Shown here: in pieces, positions 36,301 to 46,580 of the stretch | Position numbering within the stretch: the stretch's first letter is position 1 | How the letters are laid out: the number at the start of each line of letters is the position of its first letter | Source: an uncultured Phycisphaerales bacterium | GTDB taxonomy: Bacteria; Planctomycetota; Phycisphaerae; Tepidisphaerales; Tepidisphaeraceae | Direction: 5' to 3' | Length of the DNA stretch: 64,000 nt | NCBI GenBank assembly: GCA_963758525.1 | Contig: CAVWVQ010000003.1 | Coordinates: 4,448,001 to 4,512,000 of the forward strand | Made by a program: the position numbers and the translations under genes | The notes under the pieces: generated by a model | Told to the model about the DNA's origin: nothing | Databases searched by the model: none | Seen by the model: the letters and a program-made list of their open reading frames with translations, nothing else

Positions 36301-36566
36301 TTCTCCCAGTCGGGCATTCGCGCCGGAGGATCGAGCATGATCTCGATCGACTCGACGCGCGCATCCGACGGCACAACTCTTCGATGCAGTTCGAGCGCGG
36401 GAATTTTCAGCAGGATCTGGCCGGCCAGTCGGGTGATGGTGGCGGTGGCGCGAGCGGGATTGCGGTCGCAGCACAACAGTTCGGGAAACAACATCGGCTC
36501 AGCCGCGACGGTGTCTTCGTCGAGGGATTGGGAAATGAGCGTGATGGTCCAGTTGCGCACGGGCAT
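33348..36566 (-). CDS. Atypical ClpA/B-like AAA+ protein A with C-terminal release-factor-like domain; frameshifts near 35160 and 34260
   Basis: GPSGCGKT / HVGNL; GPTGVGKT / LFDEFEK; YGARPLKRAVE; C-terminal AERGIHIF and RRTYS..VKD. Confidence 0.8.
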
Positions 36567-36668
36567 GGTGAGCTTTATATCTGGAGCAGGCGGTGCAGTC
36601 GCCAGGCAGGGCCGATGCGGCGGCACCCCGTTCCATCATGTGCGGGGGGACGGCGGAAAATTGCGGTG

Positions 36669-36770
36669 GTAGGGCGGGATTCATCCCGCCGTTTTCGCGG
36701 GCGGCCACAAATCGGCGGGATAGATCCCGCCCTGCTCGGAGCCGACCGCTACTTTCGGGCGCTACACCCA
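36669..36770. repeat. Extended REP-like element family B (about 100 bp, near-copy of 44266-44368)
   Basis: gtagggcgggattcatcccgccgtttt...ggcgggat...cccgccct.ctcggagccga.cgc.actttcg.gcgc.acaccc. Confidence 0.85.
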
Positions 36771-36893
36771 TTGAGGGCGGCGGACGCCGCGGGAGCCGCG
36801 ATGCGGTGATAATTGTGGTAAGCTCCAAAACGTACGCCGCGCTGAGGAGCAGGGGAAGCAGGGACAACGATAAACGTTTTGCCAGGGATCTGC

Positions 36894-37643
36894 ATGCCGC
36901 TTGGACCCGATGAAATCTCGCTGGCGGCGCAGCTCGGTTTTGAGACTGAAGTGGCGGAGCTATTCGGGGCTGCCACTAAGAGTCAACTGAGCCCGTTCCG
37001 CGAGGCAAGTGGTGAACTGGCCGGGGTTGCCGCCCGGGTGATTGACGGAGAGGCTGCTGAAACCATTCTGAAAACTATCCAGCCGGATCTGATCCAACGA
37101 GGCTACCGCGCTTTTTGGACCCACCTGCATGAGCCTGACGGGCTCAAAACCGGCGACGCTTTAGCGCTCCTGCGCTCAACCGATCATTTCGCAATCCTTG
37201 ACGCGACCACTCCCTGCGCCGAGCACCACAGCGGGCCGGAGGTGATTCGCGAGAAGCTCAAGTACTACGAAAGGCTTTGCGATCTGGAGATCGTCGGCGC
37301 CTCCACGGATTGGGTGGCTGTGACATTCCGATCCCTTCCGGGCGATCTCTGCGGCTTTGCGGAGGATGTCTATCTATTTCGCCCTGACTCGTGCGATCTT
37401 CATTCCGGTATTGGCTCAAAACGAAGGTATACGAAGGAAGTTCGTGCCGCCGCAAAGGCGCTCTGCCCTGCTGTCTCCGAAAGCTGCTTACAGCAGATTA
37501 CTGCCAGGTACTGCAATGGCCCCGCTGCAGCCCATCTTCCTGCGGAATTCCTCGACATGCTCCTCAAAGACGTTCAGTGGAACGTCCGTTTGGTGGCTTG
37601 GGAACTGAAGCAGAAAATGTACTTTTTCTTTTGGTGGGACTGA
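36894..37643 (+). CDS. DUF4253-like hypothetical protein
   Basis: IVGASTDWVAVTF, FAEDVYLFRPD, C-terminal FFFWWD. Confidence 0.65.
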   Translation: MPLGPDEISLAAQLGFETEVAELFGAATKSQLSPFREASGELAGVAARVIDGEAAETILKTIQPDLIQRGYRAFWTHLHEPDGLKTGDALALLRSTDHFAILDATTPCAEHHSGPEVIREKLKYYERLCDLEIVGASTDWVAVTFRSLPGDLCGFAEDVYLFRPDSCDLHSGIGSKRRYTKEVRAAAKALCPAVSESCLQQITARYCNGPAAAHLPAEFLDMLLKDVQWNVRLVAWELKQKMYFFFWWD

Positions 37644-37679
37644 AGAGACTCGAAACGCGGCGACCCGGGAGCGACGACT

Positions 37680-38135
37680 ATGGGAAACACACTTTACATT
37701 GCCACGAGCCAACCACTCGATGTCGAGATGAACAACGAGCGGCGGATCTTGGCAAGACTTGTTGGTGATCACCGACCCATGGAGGCATTGTGTGCGAAAC
37801 TGAGAGTGCCATCGCTCACCGGCTTTCAGAGCTACGATCCGCAGGGACTTGCTGAGTTCATCGATGATCCCGACGAGTTGAAGCAAGCTATCGCTAAGGC
37901 CGCACCTATTCAGTGGTTCGAGCCAGCGGACGCGCTACCAACAATCAGAGCCCTGCAAACGCACTACGCGGAAGCCCGAGTGATCATCCCGAAGGGGCGG
38001 AAGCCCGCGGGCCAGCGAGCATGGCAGCCTGCCGACGTTACTGAGCGACTGTTGGCCGAGCTCAAAGATCTGGAGGGCATCCTCGCTCAAGCACTGAAGG
38101 CTGGCGCTAAGTTCCGCATTTATCTGGTTGCTTAA
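37680..38135 (+). CDS. Hypothetical protein
   Basis: 151-aa ORF with normal composition (WFEPADAL, AGAKFRIYL). Confidence 0.6.
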   Translation: MGNTLYIATSQPLDVEMNNERRILARLVGDHRPMEALCAKLRVPSLTGFQSYDPQGLAEFIDDPDELKQAIAKAAPIQWFEPADALPTIRALQTHYAEARVIIPKGRKPAGQRAWQPADVTERLLAELKDLEGILAQALKAGAKFRIYLVA

Positions 38136-38516
38136 GACCGCGAAGAGGCGATGTATGTGCTTCTTGGAATGTCCAGATCACCGTCAACAATTCAATGAAC
38201 GCGCGCGGGTACGTGCCACGTGCCGCGGCTATCCTACCCTCTGTTAGTTGGCTAAAAGTGGTTGCGGATGGCGCCTGAGTGCGCAACGTCATTTTGTCGC
38301 AAACTCCGCCCCGTCCGACTTGGCATCAACTTTTCTCAGGCAAGCCGCTGCGGAGCTTTGGCCGCCGCGCGACGATCTCCCCGTCGTCATGCCACCACGG
38401 CTCCCGGATGTTATTAAAGCTGAGTCAAATGCAATAACGAATTGTCAAATGCGTTATAGACGCGAAGATATGTGGACGGAGGCAGCTATGCCCACCGATT
38501 CCGAAGGAGACGTCCA

Positions 38517-39894
38517 ATGCAAAGAATTGGATCGATAATGCTTGCCGCGGTGCTCGCGGCCGCGTCGGCGTTTGTTTTTGTCAGCCGGCATGCACCGGCG
38601 GCGACGCTTGCCGATCATTCCGCGTTGACGCCGATGCCGGGCACGGGAGACGTAACGTTCGCGAAGAACATCGCGCCGATCGTCTTTTCAAACTGCGTGA
38701 CCTGCCATCGCCCCGGCGAAGTTGCGCCGTTTTCGCTGATGACGTATCAGGAGGTGCGCAAGCATGCGGATGACATTGCGTCCGTCACGGACGACCGACT
38801 GATGCCTCCGTGGAAGGCGGCGCCGGACTTTGGCGACTTCGTCGGGATTCGACGTCTTACCGACGATCAGATCGCGACGATCGATGCATGGGTCAAGGCG
38901 GGGAAGCCCGAGGGAAATCCGGCGGACATGCCGCCGGCACCGACGTTTGCGTCGGGCTGGCAGCTTGGCGAGCCGGACCTGGTTGTGAAGGTGCCCAGGC
39001 CGTTCACGGTTCCCGCGGAAGGGCGGGATGTCTACCGGTGTTTTGTGATTCCGCTGAATCTCGATGTCATGAAGTATGTCGCTGCCGTGGATTTCCGGCC
39101 GAGCAACCCTGCGCGTTTTGCATCACGCGATCTTTTATCTCGACAACAATGGCAACGGCCGACGTCTCAAAGCGCAAGCCAAGGACGGTCAGCCGGGCTA
39201 TTGGCATTCAGGCGGTCCGGGCTTTATGCCGTCGGGCGGCTTGGGCGGATGGGCGCCGGGATATCAGCCGCAGTTCCTGCCCGACGATGTCGGCCGGGCG
39301 ATCCGCCCGGGAGCGGACCTGGTGGTGCAGACGCACTTTCATCCGACGGGCAAGCCCGAGCAGGAGCAATCGACGGTCGGAATCTATTTCAAAAAGAACG
39401 TGCCGAGCAAGTTGCTGGTGAGCTATCCGCGCAGCGTTCGGCGAATCGACATCCCCGCAGGCGACAGCGATTACCGCCTTCACGATCAATTCACGCTTCC
39501 AAACCAGGTGACGCTCGAAGGGATTACGCCGCACGCTCACCTGCTGTGTCAGGAAATCAAAGTCGTGGCGACGCTGCCGGACGGCACGGTCAAGCCGCTG
39601 ATTTGGATTCCCAAGTGGGACTGGAGCTGGCAGGAGCAGTACCAATATCGCCGGGCAATGACGATTCCCGCCGGCACGCGGGTGGACATCGATTACCGAT
39701 ACGACAATTCCGCCAACAATCCGAGGAACCCGCATGAGCCGCCGCAACGCGTTCGCTACGGCGAGCAGACTGGCGACGAAATGGGCATCGTGTTCTTCCA
39801 GCTTGAGATGACGCGCGGCGACCTGGCGGCGTTCATGGCGCAGGCGATCCGTCGTCGCATGCAGCAACCGCCAACCACTGCGCCGGCGAACTGA
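38517..39894 (+). CDS. Secreted heme-c (CxxCH) plus copper monooxygenase (PHM/DBH)-like protein; frameshift near 39110
   Basis: CVTCH, MPPW, LGEPDL, YRCFVIP, VLHHAI, QTHFH, PHAHL, WDWSWQ, GEQTGDEM. Confidence 0.85.
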
Positions 39895-39920
39895 CATGAG
39901 TTACGACATCCCAATCAAGC

Positions 39921-39959
39921 CCCCACCCTAACCCTCCCCCGGAGCACCAGGGGCGGGGA
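39921..39959. repeat. REP-like family A (ccc.caccc.aaccct.ccccggag.acc.gggagaggg)
   Basis: Related copies at 44091-44129, 52647-52777 (inverted pair), 57495-57609 (inverted pair) and 61610-61638. Confidence 0.8.
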
Positions 39960-40019
39960 AAAGAGAGGCCGCGGAAAATGTCACCCTTGGCTAACCGCGC
40001 CAATTGCATATGGCGGTTT

Positions 40020-40075
40020 TGTGGTGCAGGCTTCCAGCCTGCTGCCTGGGAAGCAGGCTGGAAGCCTGCACCACA
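40020..40075. repeat. REP-like family C (tgtggtgcaggcttccagcctgc...gcaggctggaagcctgcaccaca)
   Basis: Nested inverted repeat; second copy at 44704-44759. Confidence 0.85.
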
Positions 40076-40293
40076 ATTGGAGATCGTCCTTCCAGAGGGC
40101 AGATGCAATTGCCCGGCTTGGCTACCGCGGAGGAGCGAAGCAGCGTTGCCATTCGGTGCCGCGCGTCGTTATATTTTGTATTAGAGACTCGGCCGATGGG
40201 TGAGGGGCCGACGCGATGTGGCACAAGAAAAGATCCGACCGGCTATTTCGTAAGGGGGAGCATTTATTTTCGAGCACAAGATTGGGTGAATGC

Positions 40294-43200
40294 ATGTTCA
40301 ACCCGCGTTGTTTCGGTTGCGCAAGTCGTTCGCTTCGCCGCGCGATTGTCCCTGCGTTGGAGGTGTTGGAGAGCCGTCTATTGCTGAGCGGGGCTTCGGT
40401 GCAGATCAACCCCCCGGCCGCCATCCAGGGAGCCGGGGTGTTTGAAATCGATGTGGTGCTCACCGATTCGTCGCGACTGATTCCCGCCGGAATTTCTCCG
40501 TCCAACATCGTGGTAAGCGGGTCGTCCGGCCCGCTCAAAGTGCTCGGCGACCAGTCGCGCTCGTTCGCCGGCGGTACCACATATGACGTCAGCTACTTTG
40601 TCCAATCACCCGGAGGCGTCTGGGATTCGGACGCCAACGGGAATTATTCAATCGCCTTTCAATCCGGCCAGGTGTTCGATGTCTCGGGCCAGTCGGCTCC
40701 CGCCACGTCGGTCCAATTTAGCGCGACCGGTCTGCAGCCGCTCTCCGGGCCGCTGGCGGTGGCGTTTGAGCCCAGCGCCGATTTCAACGTCAATGTTCCC
40801 GGAACCACCGGCAGAACCCTTGAGGTGACCTATTCCGATCCGACCGGAATCGACATCTCCTCAATCAGCAACAATAACCTCGTCAGCTTCGTCGGCTCGC
40901 TCACGAGCTCGCTCAAATCAGTCAACGCACTCGACGGTGGAAAGATCGTCGACGCGACTTATTTTCTGGGAGCACCAGGCGGCGCGTTTTTCGCTTCCGC
41001 GGACACGGGCTACCACGTCGTGCTCAATCCCAACGACCCGGTGACCAACACCAGCGGCCAGGATGTTGTTCCTTCTGGCGCTGTCCTGGCGCTCTATGAA
41101 GTCAACATCGACCCGTTTAATTCCAGTTTCGCGTTCACCGGATCGAGCAATCCGAATTTCGTCGCCCAGGCGATCGGACATCAGAGCGACGGCGACATCA
41201 TCCTCGCCGGACTCCAGGGGGACACCGGCGCGGGCGACGCCCAACTGGTGATTGAGCGTCTCCTCCCTGACGGCAGTCTGGATACGACATTCGCCGCCAA
41301 CGGCCTCTACGTCTCGCCCGCCGGCAATAACGACGCGGCGTTTGCGCTAGCCGTCGAGAGCGACAACTCCATTCTCGTGGCCGGCACCAGCGGGAATCAT
41401 TTTCTGCTGGCGCACTTTGGCGCCAACGGAACGCTGGATACAAGCTTCGGCCCCAGCCACAGCGGCGACGTTACGACGACAATCAACCAATTCGCGTCTT
41501 CTGAAGTTGCCTACTCCGTGGCGGTAGCGCCCGACGGGACCATCGTCACGGCGGGCGGTTCCGACGGCTCGTGGGCGTTTGCACGCTATTCCGCCACCGG
41601 CTCACCCTTGAACAGTTTTGAGGTTGTGTTGCCCATACCGACAGGCGCGCAACACCCCAACGAAGGGGAAGTGGGTCAGATTGCAGTCAGATCCGATGGC
41701 ACGATCGTCGCGGCGGGTTCTGATGGAGCGAATGTTGATGTTGCCGAAGTCGATACGGTCGGGACATTGCTGCCCGGCTTTAATCACAGCCAGGTGGAGC
41801 AACTTTCCGCTCTGGGAGTGCGGACCGATCTCTCTTCAGGGCTGGATCATTCCATTGGGCTGGCCCTGGACGAGTCGGGCCGCATCGTCGTGGCGAATCG
41901 AACACCCGCGGCGACCGCGGATTTTGCAATCGAACGTCTCAACACTGACGGCACCGCCGACACGTCATTCGGCGCCAGCGGCACCGGCCTGGTCACCTCC
42001 AATTTCGGCGGCGATGACGATGCCGACAGCGTCGCCATCCAACCCGGCGGCCAAATCGTGGTCAGCGGCACCAGCACCGACGCTTCCGGAAATGTGCAAC
42101 TGGCCGTGGCCGCGTTCAACGCCGACGGCACGGTTGATGATGAAAATCTCGTGAACGGCCAGCAACTTTCCCCAACAAATGCCAGCACGGCCGCTGCTAC
42201 ACCCGGACTGATTGGTCCCGATGTCAGTGCCAGCGGCCAGGGCATTACCAGTTCCTTTGGCGATGCCAGCGGCGACAACGTCAATGTCGGCTCGGCGGAA
42301 CAATCGAGCTCCGGCGGTGGGACCAGCGCTCAATCACTCCAATTGCCCGGGATCGTGCCGACGCTCTCAGCAAGCCCGCTGACTTCGTCCGCAGCAACGT
42401 ATTCTTTTACGGTTGTGTATGCCGACAACTCCGACTTGAGTTCCGCCTCACTGCAGTCCGCCGGTGCGGTCAGTGTCGCGCGGATTGCAACGCCGCCCGC
42501 CAGCGGCGTGGCCGCTCCGGCTGTTGCAACGACACTTCCGGTAGTGAGCGCGGTCGTTGACACCAATAGCAATGGCTCCCCGCGCACCGTCACGTATACC
42601 GTCGCCGCTCCATCGGGTGCGTTCAACAGTTCAGATAATGGAACCTACTCGATCGAATTGAACGGCAATGCAATCACAGATGTACACGCCAATCATGCTT
42701 CAAGCGGGGAGCTGGGAAATTTTTCGGTCAGCGTCGCATCCGCCGGCGAGCTTTCCATTTCCGGCACCGTCTTCGATGACCAAAACGACGATGGAGTGCA
42801 AAACGCCGGTGAAGCGGGTATATCCGGCGTCGTTGTCTACGCCGATGTCAACGGCACGGGTGATCCCACCGGTCAACCGCAGGCTGTGACCGACGCCTCC
42901 GGCAATTACACCATCGCCGGTCTTCCCGCCGATCAGACGTACCTGATCCGCGAGGTCTTCCCCGCCGGGTTCAGCCAGACGTTCCCCTCATCGGACGCCG
43001 GCAACAGCGTGGCGCTCACCAACGCTTCTGTCGAAGGTGAAAACTTCGGCGTGATTCTCGGAACCGCCCCCGCAAGCCTCTCCGGACAGGTTTACAACGG
43101 ACTCACAGGCGCCCTTCTGAGTGGTGTCACCGTCTTCCTCGACGCCAATCAGAACGGCACGCTCGACGCCGGGGAAACCAGCACCACCACCGACGCCACC

Positions 43201-44084
43201 GGCAGCTACCGCTTCAGCAACCTCTCCGCCGGCACGGACACCGTCACAGAAATTCCCCCCGCCGCGCAGACAGCTCTCACCCCAGCCGTGAATGTCACTG
43301 TCACCACCGGCGCAGCCGTCGGCCCTTCGTTCGCGGATGTGCCCAATGGAGCGCCAGCCGGCACGCTGGCGCCCAATCTCACCGGCAAGTTCCTGACATC
43401 CCCGCCGGCCACCGTCGTCGGCGGGTCCAAGGGCAAGCTCACGCTTCAGCTCAACAACACCGGGACAGCCACCGCCCATGGACGCGTCACGATCACGCTC
43501 TTTGCCTCAAGCACGCAGACGCTGCTGGGCGCGACCAAAATCATCGACGTTCCGCTTCGGCTGCAGCTCAAGCAGGGACGCGCCACGAAGGTGAATTTGC
43601 ATTTCAAATATCCCGCCGGGCTGGTGAACGGCGCCTATTCGATCATCGCGTCGATTGACCCCGCCAACGCGATCACCGAGAGCACCAAGACCGACAATCT
43701 GGCGATCAGTGCTCCAACGACGATCTCCGCGCCCACCGTCACTCTGCGCGCGCCCTCAGGTCGCCCGCCGCGATCAAACGCGGGAAATCCGCAACGCTGG
43801 TGCTGAATCTCGCCAACGTCGGCAACTCCGCCGCCATCGGCACGTCGATCGTCCGGATTTTCGCTTCTTCCGATCAAATGTTGGACGGGACCGGCACGCA
43901 GATCGCGAGTTTCCGCGCCCGCCTGAACATCAAACCGTCGCGCTCCCGCGTTTACCGCTTTAACCTGAAGACTAAAGCCAGCGTCCTGCAGGCTGGAAAC
44001 GTCTATCTGATCGCGCAGGTCGGCGCGGCGGGTTTGATCCCGGTCACGACGGTGGTTGCTCCGTCGCAGACAGCGGTGAGTTGA
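40294..44084 (+). CDS. Large extracellular protein: planctomycete LEPRxLL motif, Ig-like repeats, delta-60 propeller repeats, SdrD-B/Cna-B and CARDB-like domains; frameshift near 43755
   Basis: LEVLESRLLLS; DGSLDTTF/GTLDTSFG/GTADTSFG; ISGTVFDDQNDDGVQNAGEAGISGV; IDPANAITES. Confidence 0.85.
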
Positions 44085-44090
44085 GCGTCA

Positions 44091-44129
44091 CCCTCACCCC
44101 AACCCACTCCCGGAGTACCGGGAGAGGGG
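44091..44129. repeat. REP-like family A copy
   Basis: ccctcaccccaacccactcccggagtaccgggagagggg. Confidence 0.85.
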
Positions 44130-44265
44130 GTAATGCAACGAGCTCTTGGTTTACAGGCCCGTTCAGAAACTTCGAGCTCGACTTGCCCCTTGGGCGTACG
44201 CGATGATCGCCCGCTCGGGAAGGGGGTGTAACTTTTATTTGTGGCGATTGCAGATTTTGCGATCG

Positions 44266-44368
44266 TAAGGCGGGATTCATCCCGCCGTTTTCTCAGCCGG
44301 CCAACAAATCGGCGGGATGAATCCCGCCCTACTCGGAGCCGATCGCCACTTTCGAGCGCCACACCCCC
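44266..44368. repeat. Extended REP-like family B copy
   Basis: Near-copy of 36669-36770. Confidence 0.85.
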
Positions 44369-44420
44369 GGGAAGGAGGAATCTCGCATCGGGTACATTTG
44401 CAGAGGGGAAGCTTGGTACA

Positions 44421-44678
44421 ATGCTGGACATGAACACAGCCCCGATTCCCTTGGAGACGCACGGCAGCACCGGCTTCATCGCGCGATCGGACGAGACGGC
44501 CGGCGGGATCCTGCCGCCGGGGGAGCACGCCAGACGATTCCGATATCTCTCCGTCTCCAACGTCTCGCCGGAGGCGCTCGTGACGGACATCAACCAATAC
44601 TCCACGCAAGGATGGGAAGTCGCCCAGATCCTTCTCAACGGCGGGACGTTCGTGGCGTTTCTCAAACGCCCGCATTAG
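44421..44678 (+). CDS. Small hypothetical protein (DUF4177-like)
   Basis: INQYSTQGWEVAQ...VAFLKRP. Confidence 0.55.
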   Translation: MLDMNTAPIPLETHGSTGFIARSDETAGGILPPGEHARRFRYLSVSNVSPEALVTDINQYSTQGWEVAQILLNGGTFVAFLKRPH

Positions 44679-44703
44679 AGCCGTCTTCAGGTTCATGTGA
44701 CGT

Positions 44704-44759
44704 TGTGGTGCAGGCTTGCAGCCTGCCTCTGGGGAGCAGGCCTGAAACCCGCACCACAA
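44704..44759. repeat. REP-like family C copy
   Basis: tgtggtgcaggcttgcagcctgc...gcaggcctgaaacccgcaccaca. Confidence 0.8.
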
Positions 44760-44778
44760 CCAGCTACAATGCTCACTC

Positions 44779-45516
44779 ATGGGCCTTACCATCCATTACA
44801 GCTTGCGTTCCACCGCCCGCGCCGCCGAAGAAGCTCGCGCGCTGGTCGAGCAGCTTCGTCAGCGCACCACGGAGCTTCCGTTCGAGCGCGTCGGCAAGAC
44901 GTTCGAGTTGTCGGGCGAGGCGTGTGATTGGCAGAAACCATTTCACGAAGCAGACCAGCACTGGCTGCTGATTCAGGCAAGTCAATATGTGGAGCGGGAT
45001 GACCGGCGCGTCGATGTTGCGCCCGATCACGTGATCGCATTTACAACATTGCCGGGGAAGGGATCCGAAGCAGCCAACTTCGGTCTGTGCCGATACCCCG
45101 GCACGGCCAATGCTGATTTGGGCGATGGGGTCGAGCCAGTGCGGACCGGACTCCCTTCGGACTGGATGTGGCAGTCGTTTTGCAAGACGCAGTACGCGTC
45201 GAACCCCGGCAACGGCGACCTCGAAAACTTCCTGCGCTGTCATCTGGCGATCGTGAGCCTGCTCGATCACGCGCGTGATCTGGGCATCCTTCACGAGGTT
45301 TCCGATGAGGGCGAATATTGGGAGAAGCGCGACGTCGAGGCGCTGGCGAAGACCGTCGGGCAGTGGAACGCCATGATCGCCGGGTTCGTCGGCGGCGTGA
45401 AGGATCTGCTGGGCGGTCAAAAAGTGCAGGCGGAGATCACCAGGTTTCCGAACTTCGAGCATCTCGAAGCGGAAGGGCGGGCGGAATCCACAGAAGAAGA
45501 CGATACCGAATCGTGA
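44779..45516 (+). CDS. Conserved-looking hypothetical protein
   Basis: MGLTIHYSL, GSEAANFGLCRYP, W.SFCKTQYAS, NFLRCHL, VSDEGEYW. Confidence 0.75.
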   Translation: MGLTIHYSLRSTARAAEEARALVEQLRQRTTELPFERVGKTFELSGEACDWQKPFHEADQHWLLIQASQYVERDDRRVDVAPDHVIAFTTLPGKGSEAANFGLCRYPGTANADLGDGVEPVRTGLPSDWMWQSFCKTQYASNPGNGDLENFLRCHLAIVSLLDHARDLGILHEVSDEGEYWEKRDVEALAKTVGQWNAMIAGFVGGVKDLLGGQKVQAEITRFPNFEHLEAEGRAESTEEDDTES

Positions 45517-45518
45517 CG

Positions 45519-46526
45519 TTACGTCTCACGATCTCTCTGAACAACGATCTCTTTGACCGCCTCGACGACTTCATGATGAGCGATGCCTTGCTGCGCGCGG
45601 GCCTCCTCGGTGATCGGCACGGCGATCGCTTCGGGCTCCACCGGCGCGCCGGTTTGGCGAGAATAGGCTTTGGTGAACTCGGCGCCGAGATAAAGAATCT
45701 GGGCTGAGAAATAAACCCAGACCAGAATCACCACCAATGAGCCGGTCGCGCCGTAGCGATCGCCGATGCTGCTCTTGCCGAGGTATTCCCCGATCGCATA
45801 TCTGCCGAGCGTGAAAAGCCCGGCGGTAATCAGGGCGCCGATCCAGACATCCCGCCAGCGAACAGTCACATCCGGCAGAATTTTGTAAATCAACGCAAAG
45901 ACAAGGGCGCTCGCCCCGACCCACGCGACCGCGCTGAGCACTGTCCACGCGGCGGAGAGTCCTTGAAACTGCCGGTCGGCGTAGTGGCGCAGCGCCGATA
46001 ATGCCGCGCTGATCACCAGCGAAACCAGCAGGAGGAAACAGATGCCCAGGACCATCGCGAAGGAGAGGAGCCGCTTCCGGAGGAAGGAGAACCATCGCGC
46101 CGGCCCGGGTTTGGGGGCGACCTCCCAGATCGTGTCGAGCGCTTCCTGCAATTCGGCAAACACCCCCGATGCGCCGAACAGCAGCACTCCGATGCTGAGG
46201 ATCCGCGCCGCCGGACCTGTCGTTCCGCCATGGCGGCCGACGGCGGAGAGAACATCATCGACGGCCCTGGCGCCCTGCTCGCCGATCAGTTGCGCAAACT
46301 CCTGGCGGATCTCGCTGCGCGCCTCGCTCGGATTACCAAGAATGGCCGAAGCCAGCGGGGTCACCAGCACCAGCACCGGCGCCAACGCGAGCACGGTGTA
46401 ATACGCCAGAGCGGCGCCAAGGCGCGGCGCGCGATCTTCCCACCAGCCGGCGAACGTTTCGACGAGGAGCCCGCGCCAGTGACGAACGCCCCGAACACCG
46501 AATCCCGTCAGGCCGCCTTGGAACAT
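45519..46526 (-). CDS. YihY/BrkB (virulence factor) family membrane protein
   Basis: APRLGAALAYY, SGVFAELQEALDTIW, YGATGSLVVILVWVYFSAQILYLGAEFT. Confidence 0.92.
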   Translation of the reverse strand: MFQGGLTGFGVRGVRHWRGLLVETFAGWWEDRAPRLGAALAYYTVLALAPVLVLVTPLASAILGNPSEARSEIRQEFAQLIGEQGARAVDDVLSAVGRHGGTTGPAARILSIGVLLFGASGVFAELQEALDTIWEVAPKPGPARWFSFLRKRLLSFAMVLGICFLLLVSLVISAALSALRHYADRQFQGLSAAWTVLSAVAWVGASALVFALIYKILPDVTVRWRDVWIGALITAGLFTLGRYAIGEYLGKSSIGDRYGATGSLVVILVWVYFSAQILYLGAEFTKAYSRQTGAPVEPEAIAVPITEEARAQQGIAHHEVVEAVKEIVVQRDRET

Positions 46527-46580
46527 TTACCAATACTCCGGATTCGAATGACCGAGCCGTGGCATCTTACCCATTCGGCC

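Noticed and set aside
27497..36566. Calling the triad clpB or clpV (T6SS)
   Set aside because: No Clp-N or middle domain, degenerate D1 ring, and no T6SS genes nearby
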